From NCBI RefSeq assembly GCF_964204865.1, contig NC_135264.1, positions 12,462,001 through 12,526,000 of the forward strand: a stretch of 64,000 nt of DNA, written 5' to 3'. Source of the DNA: Styela clava (Eukaryota). A program made the position numbers and the translations under genes. The notes beneath the pieces were generated by a model. It was not told the origin of the DNA, ran no database searches, and saw nothing but the letters and a program-made list of their open reading frames with translations. Shown in pieces: positions 27,301 to 39,444 of this stretch. The stretch's first letter is position 1. Every line of letters starts with the position of its first letter.

Positions 27301-28120
27301 CTCTACATAAAAATACATGCATCATCACGTATAATATCGAAAGTTATTAAAATTACAAAATCTAGTAAATTTTCTTATCAGAAAAATAGGGAATTTTCAT
27401 CTTGAAAACGTGAATGTAATAATTTCACGATAATTTACTTCCGATCTTGCAATTCTATGGTGTAAATATATATTTCGCCCGCGGTTACTTGAGAGTATGT
27501 AAATTAGTCCAAGAAGATGGTAACGAAATGCGACGACATTTTGCTAATAAAGCATAAAATTGATCACGAAAAGCTATACTATATATTATATTACGGTAAT
27601 CTGTACTAAAATAGTCATGTATTTTTTATTGAGAACATATCTAAGATTTGAATGAATAATATAAATAAATATATGGAATTGTTTCTTGTTTGCCTAAAAC
27701 TCAATTTCAAAAAATTCCATTAACTAACTGTTTTCAAAAGTTTTGTAATATGAACTTTTTATACTACTACTTTTTCAATTTTCTAAGTAATAGTGCTTCT
27801 ATTTTGATTCTCAATACGTTATTTTGTTACATTTATATCATGGGAAACATAACGAGTGCTACGAGAAAGAGTTGTCTTTGAAGTTTACAAATACAATGGT
27901 ATCAATATCATTCAAGTTATCTATCACGTCTATTTCAAGTTTTCTAAAACTGCAGAAAATAAAACATACTAATTATTTTGCAAGTCAATTATTTACTCCA
28001 CGAGATTTTTGACGGTTGATTTTTTTGGACCTTTTGATAGAGTTTATAAAATTAGAACACAAATAAGGAAAATAACGGAATGAAAAAAATGAGCAGATGA
28101 AAAGTGAGATTGATATAGAC

Positions 28121-29479
28121 CAGCGTTTCCCAAACTTTTTTGACCACGGAACACTTACGTTTTTTATCTCGCCTCGCGGAACACCAAAAAATGAAAGGGT
28201 AAAAATGGTGCAATTCAGCGGTTCCCAAAGGGTGTGCCGCGACGCACTAAAGTCGTCAAAACTAACAAAATTGTGTAAAGCATACCTAAAATATGAATGA
28301 ATGTTTTACATATTGCAAATGCTCTGTATATGAATCAATATACCGGTATTCATTTTTCTTTTCTATGTCGTTCACTTTCTATTACATAATGTCTTTGATG
28401 TTACGTAACAAGGGAAATAGAAGTTCTTGCTGTAATTTCGCGAGCTGCAGAACTCCAGTTTATTTATCTGCTGAATCAAGTTTAGCGAACATGAGTGATT
28501 TTTTCAGCATTTCAGAGTAAAATCAGGCGGCGATGGGGGGCTAAGAGCTGACTTTTTACTTTTACACGTTTGCCTATGGCATTGGTTCACAAACTGGGGT
28601 TCGCGGTCGCTTAGGGGTCTGCGAAGCGATTTTAGGGGGACCGCGAGACAACTTTAACCTCGGCACAGAAGCACTTTGATTTGAAGTAAAATGTTGATGT
28701 CATGCTTTTACAGTGTTTCTCCAAAGCACGACACGCTCTACCGAAGACATTATTACGTAACAAACGTTGATAAACGTGGTAAGTCAGGAGATCAGAGCGT
28801 ATCTAGATATAACGATTCAAATTTTGGTTTAGCTGTGATAAGTTCCGGAGGAAAACAAAAACCACAGTCTTATCCTGATGTTGCTGAGATAGCCCTAAAA
28901 ATGATCATTTCATTTGTAACAACTTACAAATGTGAGGCAGCTTTTTCTTCATTTCTCGCTATTGAAACAAAATGTTGAAACAGAATTGACGTGAGTTACG
29001 ATATGAAAGTTGCATTATCCAAAACAGAACCCAAGATAGAAGAACTGGAGCCAAGCAAGGACACCCATCTCATTGAACTGTGTCAATGTCATTCAATATA
29101 TTAATGCTTGATATACCGCGTTGCTGTTTGCTCCCATTTCTTTAGTGGACCGCGAGTCATCAGAAAAATTGTACGGGGGCCGTTATGCATAACTTTTTAA
29201 AAAGTTTGAGAACCACTGGCCTATAGTAAATAGCAAAACCAAAATGATTAGTGTCAACTTGATAATGAACTAGACATTAAACAAGCTAGGCGGACAGTTA
29301 ACGATAATACCACTACCCTCGAAAGGTTAGGCCGACGGTGACGCGATATTGAACGGTCGCCAACTTCGCGATCGCGATGGCAACCAATTTAGTCGTAATT
29401 TTGATCCATTTTCCACGGAACACTCGGAAGACGCTCACCGAGCACTAGTGTTCCGCGGAACACAGTTTGGGAAACGCTA
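28121..29479. mobile_element. Non-autonomous hAT element (family 2) carrying a nested element
   Basis: TIRs CAGCGTTTCCCAAAC / GTTTGGGAAACGCTA. Perfect 8-bp TSD ATATAGAC (28113-28120, 29480-29487). The site is empty in the C1 and C2 units. Confidence 0.92.
28580..29218 (+). mobile_element. Nested internally deleted hAT (Buster/Charlie-like) element with transposase remnants
   Basis: TIRs CATTGGTTCACAAAC / GTTTGAGAACCACTG, TSD GCCTATGG / GCCTATAG. Encodes YPDVAEIALKMIISFVTTYKCEAAFSSFLAIETKC*NRIDVSYDMKVALSKTEPKIEEL, resembling the hAT C-terminal dimerisation region. Confidence 0.85.
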
Positions 29480-30751
29480 ATATAGACAATAGTTAATCAT
29501 CATAATTAGATAGTCAATATACCGGGACTAGTATTTAAAATTTGGTAAAATAAAACATCATGAAACGAAAAAGAAGAAATAAATAATAATAACATTACGG
29601 ATGTTGATATTATTTCACCTAATTTTGGCAATATGCAAAAGTATTTTGAAATGAATCGATCATCGGCTTCTTAACCTAGATATAATCAATTTTGTTTAAA
29701 GAAATTACAGTAGGTTGATGTATTTTGAGATTGTTCATAATATATGTAGATGTGATCATAAATTAGGGGAATTTTACTGAAAAAAAAATTTGACAATTGA
29801 GGTACAAATTTAGTATTTATCAATATATGCTATTATTGAAACACCTCTGTGTATTTTTATCGTGAAATAGAAGTATTTTGACAAGTTAAAAAAAATTAAA
29901 AGTGTTGTCAAATCTACTCGTCATCTTTATTGTTCACCTAAAAAGTTGATAAATTTGAAACATCCGGAGAAAAAAATTCTATTCTTGAAAGTAATATGAT
30001 GGAATATTTATTTCAGTGCCCACAATAAATATTTTGTTTTTCTATCCTCTTGAGAGTGTCAAAAAATGTCTGTGTTTTACCAGGCTCCTGTTTCCCGATA
30101 AACCTGAGACAATAAGTGGATATTTTAAAGGCGCGTTAAATCATAGAATGAATAGATTAGGAAAAAATCCAATTGTGCAATCATCACTTGAACATTTTCA
30201 AATGAGAACTGTTTCGATAAATATTTGCCTTTTGGAATAATTCAAACAACACATGATGGTAATATAGGAATATTACATGTTTTTGTCTTCCAACTATTTT
30301 AAATTCATTAATCATTACTGAACTTTTTTAAATATACAGTTTATATTTGGAGTTTCGCATAAACAATTTCAAATGAAAACGTGTTCGAACACACAAAAAG
30401 GTACCATGAAATAATTTATTTCGATCACGTTTTCAAAGCAGAAATTTTACAAGGAGAAACCTTTGACCATACTACTTTTACTTACATTATAAACACTAAC
30501 TCAAGAAGGTGTTTGTAACATGCTCTGGTACTTTCCTAAGTAGTTTCAATGTTAATTCTTTTTTATACAAATCTTTTTCAAACTCAAACAAAAATCAGAT
30601 ATTAAATGTTATCACAAACATGAAAAGTTATGACTCATAAAAAATTTGAAAAAAAAAGGAAGTTGCCGGAAACTATATAAAGAATAGATTAGGAGCAAGA
30701 AAATCATATTTCTGAAGTTATCGTATCTCATAATACCAACTATCTATCAAT

Positions 30752-31609
30752 ATGAGATTTCTAACGATCATTGTTCATTGCTGTGTTTTAGCATATTGCA
30801 TGGCTTTAGACGTGGAAAATCCGAATCCTTTACCAGAATGTCAAATGAAAAATGTTCCGTAAGTCCGTTTATATTATTGGTTTATAAAATGCTTTTATGT
30901 AGAAATAAAATCTGGAACAATGATTTAATTATTTTTCCTTATTTCGAATGGAGATTTCTAAAATAATTATTAGAGAACGTGAGTTCTTGAAAAGTTCTAA
31001 ATATCGTATGTGATCTTTTAATTATGATGATAACGTTCAGTCATTTTTTCAGAATTAAGAATCCTGAATATTGCCAAGTTACAACCCCGACTAATTACTG
31101 CCCAACGAAAAAATGCAGAATCAAAATTACAAAAGGTTTTTTGTCAACTGATCCACCGACTGAAGTCGACTTGATTGGAGGTATTTACGAGGCAGTTGAC
31201 GAGTGCGAGTAAGTCAATTACCAAATTATACATAGACATTTGATTTGAGGATATGCTTTTTTTACAAAACAAAAATATATTTCCATTTAAAATCGTATAA
31301 AAAATCTACCTTGTTTCTTAAATTTTAGGGTATACAATAAGAGATGCAGTTTATGGGTTAAAGATTGTACATGTCAAGCGAGAGTCAAGATGATATGGAG
31401 GAAAGCCAAAATTCAAACCAAAATTTCCAGAGAACCAGCAGAAAGATATGTCCGCATCAGGGTGAGTATTATTTTGTGTTCTGATTCCTAAAGGTTGATT
31501 ACTGTATATTAAACCAGTGTTTATTCTATTTCTTCAGATTCCAGATGGTTGCATTTGTGCTAAAAAGACTGTCATACTGGATGACAAGATATTCAAGTTT
31601 CCAAATTAA
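30752..31609 (+). CDS. Gene C3: short-form paralog, 155 aa; exons 30752-30858, 31053-31208, 31329-31461, 31538-31609
   Basis: Same exon structure as C1; intact frame. Confidence 0.92.
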
Positions 31610-33054
31610 TATGAAGCAATCTACATCAAAAGAGATTATCATCGCAACAAAATAGTTATTTGATCATCATCATCATTATCTGTTTTTTTTTATATAATCA
31701 AAAGGCAATTAGACTCAATTTCAATAACTTTCTGTAAATTTGTCCGTATAAAAATTAGTTTGAAAAAAGAAATAAAATTTTTGTTGTGTTAAAATATTTG
31801 GTCGTTGTTTTCAGTATGAATGGTTTGATAAAACGGTAGTTTAGATGCAGACTTTTCACAAATGACGAAGAGTGTTTGGTAGCATATTGTTTAATTTCAT
31901 TAGCCTATTCAATGTTCAGTCAGCATTGCAGTATATTATTAGCTCTCAGCACAATACCTCCGGAGCACAACATAAGCTAGATACATTAAAACGGGATCGG
32001 AGAAATAAAAAAAAAACTGTTCCTGAAATCATTTTCTTTTTATCCTTCTTGTGGTGACCAAGAGTAGAGATTTCAAACATACAAAGTTTCAATGATAGCT
32101 ATATATATCCTAAATGATCATAAACTTTGCGTATATGTTAAACTTATCAACGAAAATTATCTTTTATAGAATTTTTTTAGTCCACCGAATGAAATATTAT
32201 TTAGGGCGATAAATTTGACCAAACAATCAATTGCTGAAATGTTCGGGCTGGAACTTTAGTTTATACTTAATTCCCTATTACCGATTCTTGGAATTAAAAA
32301 ATAATGGCTATCGGGTCAAGACTTCTATATGTCAATTCATTTAACAGAAAATCAAAAAGCGAAGTTGACTTTTGAGATAAACTATACCATATATTTATAT
32401 TCTCGTTTGAATTATATTTCCGTGCTACCCGATTCCTATAAACGTGACACTTTGAATGTTTCTAGAAGTACGTTACATTTTGCGTAAAATTATCGGTTGA
32501 ACACGCAATTTATTTAGTACTTGCACAAAGTTTACGCCCACCGATATTAAAATATTGTAATCCATTATGTAACTGTGGAATATGACGAAATGAAATTGAT
32601 ATCTATCCTAGTATAGAACAATGTTTAAACACACTGACAAATTTAATAAATACTATAGGCTGCTGTCTAAGAACCAATTTTAAATTTTTTAAATCACTCC
32701 AACAAGAACTATCAATAAATAATAATTCCTAAAAACATCTTGCGTTTTGTCATTATTATTGAGAATATTTTTTATAGTTATCGACTCTTCTCGTAGCAAA
32801 TTGTGAAAACAATACAATTCTATTTTTTCAGAGTCTATATCTCAATATATGGTAGAAACGAGTATTTTAGAAATAAGATTTTATTACATAAACTTGGCTA
32901 AATCGGTATGTAATTTCTTTTTTATGAAATAAATGTTTTGTTCAACAAGTTAATTGTAAAATCACATAAATAAAAGCTTTAACGTACAAATATACTAATT
33001 CAGCAATGATTTCAACAAAGATATAAAATTTAAAAATAAATCACTACTTTTTTA

Positions 33055-33197
33055 TTTTTTTGAAATTGAGATTTAGGCGAACGAGAAACAATTCCATATT
33101 TATTCAAATCTTAGATATGTTCTCAAAGAAAAATACATGACTATTTCAGCATAGATTACCGTAATATTATATATAGCAGGAGTGGCCCACCTGATTT
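33055..33197 (-). repeat. Inverted copy of about 35500-35640 (MITE end plus its flank)
   Basis: TGAAATTGAGATTTAGGCGAACGAGAAACAATTCC...TATATATAGCAGGAGTGGCCCACCTG is the reverse complement of 35500-35640. It is absent at the paralogous positions near 25760 and 40875. Confidence 0.9.
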
Positions 33198-35030
33198 TTT
33201 TTATGTCGACGGACAAGAAAAATGTAAAACAAATAAATAACGTGTATCAATTAGTAGAAAATTTTTTTTCGAATCATGCAAAAAACGGTAAAATGATTCT
33301 AAAGTAGTACGCGAAGCTTGAAGGCAACTGAAGGAAAAAAAACTTTAGAGATTCAATATCGGGTCACATGATTTAAAAACTTCGACACCGTGAAACAATG
33401 CATGGGATTCGGTCGCGAAAGTACAGATCTTTTAATAACAAGACTCCAACAAAGATTCATACATACAACCATTCACACGAAAACAATATTACATAAATGC
33501 ATATATTTTCTCTGTTCGTTTCGTTTGCTGGATAGACTGTCCTATAAAATAACTAATATATAATGTGCTACATCTTTGTATTGTGCAGTCCTGTTATATG
33601 ACCCTAAATTACTTTTATGGGTATAAGTAATATTAATTATAGAAATATTTTATTGAGGCTTATATGAAGGTATCTGAAAAACAATCTACTGTATTTGTGT
33701 TTAGTAAAAAATTCATCAATTGTTATCGTACAAAAAGAGGGCATGCAGACATATAACACAAACTAATCTATTTGTATATAGAATATTACGTGCATAATAA
33801 CGACACATGACTTTCATCAACAGTTAGTCAGTCATTCCATAATGAATTTTGATATAATAGGTTTGATCAAACAAGATAGCAGGGTTCCAAATTCTTACAG
33901 TAAATCTTTCATTTTCGGCGTTGTCAGTCTTTTATAAGCTGTGAACATTGTACACATACTTGAATCAATAGAAAGGGTCATTAAACTTTATTTGTGAAAT
34001 ATTGAATGTTGCCAATGTGTTGTTTCGTAATCGCAGTACCTCACAATATAAATCAAAATGGCGGTCGCGGAAATAAATTGTCGCGGGGTCCGTCGTAAAT
34101 AGTTGCAGGCAATGGCAGTAGGTAGAAACTGATGACCTCATGTTCATCAGCAATTGTTCAAATTACAAAAGCCGAAATATACTGTATATATTGAAAACAA
34201 CTTCAAAATATGATAACAACATGTAAATTGTACGAACAAATTGGGGAATTTAAAGTTATTCGGGGAAGGAATGCTGCCATCAAAAAAATTAGAATTTATT
34301 ATGACATTTGTATTTTACTTTCGTCAAAACAACAATTCAAAAATGATATCTCGTAACCATATAACATGAATCCATTAAGTTGATGAAGCGGATTTCTTTT
34401 TCACAAACTTTTTAAAAATTGGTAAATCTGAAATGGCAGCAAGATCTCATGACGCTTATCAATTACCAACTTTTTAGATTCAGAGTTACAGTCCATCTAT
34501 CATTTGTTTATCACAGTATACTTTCAATTAAAAGTAAATATTAACGTTGAATGATTAACATCGCAATTCTTAACTGAGCATAATAAAAAGTTGCTCAAAA
34601 CAAAAAACTGCAAAATAATACGTTTTCTAACAAACACATTAATTCACAGTTGTATGAATGATTCAGCAATGTTTAAGTATAAGTATTTGCATTGATAATT
34701 TAAATAAAAATCAACAACAACATTCATTTTTTAAAACCCAATCTCTACATAAAAATACATGCAGCATCACGTATAATATCGAAAGTTATTAAAATTACAA
34801 AAATTAGTAAATTTTCTTATCAGAAAAATAGGGAATTTTAATCTTGAAAACGTGAATGTAATAATTTCACGATAATTTACTTCCGATCTTGCAATTCTAT
34901 GGTGTAAATATATATTTCGCCCGCGGTTACTTGAAAGTATGTAAATTAGCACAAGAAGATGGTAACGAAATGCGACGACATTTTTGCTAATAAAGCATAA
35001 AATTTATCACGAAAATGCTATACTATATAT

Positions 35031-35519
35031 CAGTAGTGGCCAACACGTCGATCGCGATCGACCGGTCGATCTCCACGTTTCGAGTGGTCGATCGCGTCAG
35101 ATGTTCGTAAATTTAACGTCATACCCCCAAAATTGCCTTGAACCAGTTTTATGCAACGCCTGCTGTGTGTTTTAAAACAGGACGAATACAGTACTCTACA
35201 TGTGCAAAAATACATGCACAGTATTTGATTCTAGGCAAGCCCAACAAGCATTTTATTACGTAACAAATGCAAGTTTCGCCGCTACCAAGGTCTAAAATGA
35301 ACGAGCCGAACATTTTGTGTCTTGACTAACAAACGTGTAGTGATGATATTTATGCGCAAAAGAAGCAGTGGCATTGAATTTTTTGTATGCGTGTGTGCAG
35401 TTATCTGCATATTCAGTACTCGTTCGTTTTTGTGTATTACCTTATTAACGATCAGTCGATCGCAAGCTATTTTGAAGATTTTTGTCGAATCGCGGACGAA
35501 AGCAGGTTGGCCACCCCTG
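35031..35519. mobile_element. hAT-type MITE related to family 1, opposite orientation
   Basis: CAGTAGTGGCCAAC / GTTGGCCACCCCTG with perfect TSD CTATATAT; empty paralogous site near 27580. Confidence 0.92.
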
Positions 35520-35918
35520 CTATATATAATATTACGGTAATCTATACTGAAATAGTCATGTATTTATATTTGAGAACATATCTAAGATTTGAATAAATAT
35601 GGAATTGTTTCTCGTTCGCCTAAATCTCAATTTCAAAAAATTCCATTTCAAAACTTGTTTCAAAAATTTTGTAATCTGAACTTTTCATACTACATTTTTC
35701 AATTTTCCATGTAATAGTACTTCTATTTTGATTTTCAAGACGTTATTTTGTTACATTTAGATCACGTCTATTTTCAAGTTTTCCTAAACTGCAGAAAATA
35801 AAACACAATTTTCGGTTGTTTTTTCGGAAGTTTTGATAGGGTTTAAAAAATAGGAACACAAATAGGTATATGTTAGAATGAAATAAATGAACAGACAAAA
35901 AGTGAGATTGGTATAGAC

Positions 35919-36833
35919 CAGGGGTGGGCAACCTTTATCGGCTTGCGTGCCAAAATCGGCTAAATTTAACGACAAAATTCCTTCCCGTGCCGACCAAAAT
36001 TAAAAACAATTTTTCGCTGCTTTCAAAGAAAAGATACACAATAATAAACCTTTTAAACATGTGCAGACAGATTCACTAGTCGGGAAAATATCAATCCGAC
36101 AAACGAATTTGATTCCATTTATTATTCTATATTAGTGAGGCTTCTGCTGCTGTATTACCGCTGATGGAGATTTACATTGGGTCTTTCTTCTGTAACTTTC
36201 AAAGAAATAAACGAATTACTGGTTTCATTTTTCGGACTACTCTTATTACAAGATTTAATAAAGTTCATAACTGAGAACAGAGATTCACAAGCATATGTAG
36301 ATGAAAACATAGAGGGGTAATTCAGTTGCAAAGTTTTTAAAAAAAGGAAAATTTTCGGTAATGGCATCCCAATCATGCAATAGTTAGTTTTCTGCACCTC
36401 TCTCTGTATTTCCGGTCATAATCTCTTTTGAAATTAATGGATAACCGTAAGTTAGCAAGTAACTCTAACCAACTTGAGCTTTACAACTTTATGAATAAAG
36501 CAGAAATGAAGCAAAAAGGGTGGCACGCACAGTCAAACTATATTATGTAAGAATGTAGCCAAATGAATGCTGCTCTCCTCTCGAAAGCTCACTCATTTGT
36601 TACGTCATAATATGTTTCTTTGTAGCCATATGTCATGAAAAGACAAAAAGAGTTTAAATAAATAACGGATTTTTAAACGATAATGAATAAACGAACACCT
36701 AGTTTCATCAGATAATTCTTGAAACTTGTTATCTGAAGAAGAATGATCTCGTTTTCAGAGGACTCGTTCGCGTGCCGAATAAATGGGCTCGCGTGCCAAG
36801 TTCGGCACGCGTGCCAGTGGTTGCCCACCCCTG
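35919..36833 (-). mobile_element. Non-autonomous hAT element (family 3) with transposase C-terminal remnant
   Basis: Perfect TIR CAGGGGTGGGCAACC / GGTTGCCCACCCCTG, TSD GTATAGAC / ATATAGAC. Minus-strand SMFSSTYACESLFSVMNFIKS resembles hAT (SPIN/GTF2IRD2-like) transposase C-termini. Confidence 0.92.
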
Positions 36834-36930
36834 ATATAGACAATATTTAATCATCATAATTACATAGTCAATTTACTGGGACCAGCATTTAAAATTTGTC
36901 AAAATAAAACACCATGAAACGAAAAAGAAA

Positions 36931-37358
36931 AAAATATTTTTATTTTTTATTGTTTTATATCATAAGCAATGATATATCATTCGCAATGAATGCATTTCGT
37001 GCAGAACAAGTAATATTTACACTTTACATAAATATAACCTAGTACATTTATCATCAAATATACAGCACAAATATTATTGCAAAATTATGCACCGCATGAG
37101 GGTTCTTTGTGTACAGTTACAAGAGTTACAGTAACGACCTACGTCACAGAGGATAACTTTGATCGGAAGGTAAGTACCGGTATCGTAATGCTGAGTGAAA
37201 ATATTTTGGTCGCATTCGGAATTACCGGTAACATACAGACTGATAACACAATATTTACTCAATTGAAAAATGTAGGAACTACATAGGCTATGTTAAATTA
37301 ACGTATTGAGATGGGACTGTAGGTGTGTATAACTTACTGACTGACTGAACTAATGAAC
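36931..37358. other. Unit-specific insertion of about 430 bp, possibly a retroelement fragment
   Basis: Absent from the other three C upstream spacers and begins with a T-rich tract. No TIR or coding similarity recognised. Confidence 0.5.
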
Positions 37359-38586
37359 TATAAATAATAATAATATTACGGATGTTGATAATATTTCACC
37401 AAAATTTGTCAATATGCAAAAGTATTTTGAAATGTAGTCAGATTTAAGCATGAATTGATCATCGGCTTCTTAACCTAGATATACTCAAATTTGCTCAAAG
37501 GACTTACAGTAGGTTGATGTATTTTGAGATTGTTTATAATATATGTAGATGTGATCATAAATTAGGGAAATTTTACTAAAATGAAAATTTGGACAATTTG
37601 GGTACAAATTTGGTATTTACCAATATATGCTATTACTGAAACATCTCTGTGTATTTTTATCGTGAAATAAGTATTTTGACAAGTTAAAAAAAATTAAAAG
37701 TGTTGTCAAATCCACTTGTCATCTTTATTGCTCACCTAAAAAGTTGATAAATTTGTAACATCTGGAGAAAAATTCATTTTTTCAAAGTAATATAATGGAA
37801 TATTTATTTCAGTGCATACAATGAATATTTTGTTTTTCTATCATCTTGAAAGTGCCAAAAATGTCTGTGGTTTCCAGGCTCATGTTTCTTGATAAACCTG
37901 AGACAATGGGTGGATATTTTAATGACGCGTTAAATCATAGAATGCATAGATTAGGAAAAAATCCAATCGTGCAATCATCACATGAACATTTTCAAATGAG
38001 ATCTGTTTCGATAAATATTTGGCTTTCACAATAACTCAAACAACACATGATGGTAATATAGGAATATTACATGTTTTTTGTCTTCTAACTATTTTAAATT
38101 AATTACCCATTTCTGGGACTATTCAAATATCCAGTTTATATTTAGGGTTTCGCATAAATAATTTTAAATAAAAACGTGTTCGAACACACAAAAATTACTC
38201 AACTTTGCAAAAAAGTCAATTTAGAAAAGAATTGAGGTACCATAAAATCATTTATTTCGATCACGTTTTTGAACCAAAAATGTTACAAGATTAGATCTCT
38301 AACAATACTACTTTACTTTACGTCATAAACCATAACTCAAGAAGGTGTTTGTAACATGCTCTGGTACTTTCCTAAGTAGTTTCAATGTTAATTCTTTTTT
38401 ATATAAATCTTTTTCAAACTCAAATAAAGATCAGATATTAAATGTTATCACGAACATAAAAAGTGATGACTCATAAAAATTAAAAAAAAAAAAAAAGTTG
38501 ACGGAAACTATATAAAGAATAGATTAGGAGCAAGAAAATCATATTTCCAAAATTATTGTATCTCATGATACCAACTATCTATCAAT

Positions 38587-39444
38587 ATGAGACTTCTTAC
38601 GATCTTTGTTTATTGCTGTGTTATAGCATATTGCATGGCTCTAGACGTGGAAAATCCGAATCCTCTACCAGAATGTCAAATGAAAAATGTTCCGTAAGTC
38701 CGTTTATATTATGGGTTTAATGAGTGCTTTTATGTAAAAATAAAATCTGAAACAATGATTTAATTCTTTCTTCTTATTTCGAATGGAGATTTCTAAAATA
38801 TTTATTAGAGAACGTGAGTTCTTAAAAGTTCTGAATATCGTATGTGATTTTTTAATTATGCATGCTAATGTTCAATCATTTTTTCAGAATTAAGAATCCT
38901 GAATATTGCCAAGTTACAACCTCGACTAATTTCTGCCCAACGAAAAAATGCAGAATCAAAATTACAAAAGGGTTTTTGGCAACTGATCCCCCGAGTGAAG
39001 TAGACTTGATTGGAGGTATTTACGAGGCAGTTGACGAGTGCGAGTAAGTCAATTATCAAATTATACATAGACATTTGATTTGAGAATATGCTTTTTTTTC
39101 AAAACAAAAATCTATTTCCATTTAAAATCATATAAAAAATCTACCTTGTTTCCTATATTTTAGGATATACAATAAGAGATGCAGTTTATGGGTTAAAGAT
39201 TGTACATGTCAAGCGAGAGTCAAGATGATATGGAGGAAAGCCAAAATTCAAACCAAAATATCCAGAGAACCAGCAGAAAGATATGTCCGCATCAGGGTGA
39301 GTATCATTTTGTGTTCTGATTCCTAAAGGTTGATTACTGCATATTAAACCAGTGTTTATCCTATTTCTTTAGATTCCAGATGGTTGCATTTGTGCTAAGA
39401 AGACTGCCATACTGGATGACAAGATATTCAAGTTTCCAAATTAA
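38587..39444 (+). CDS. Gene C4: short-form paralog, 155 aa; exons 38587-38693, 38888-39043, 39164-39296, 39373-39444
   Basis: Same exon structure as C1; intact frame. Confidence 0.92.
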
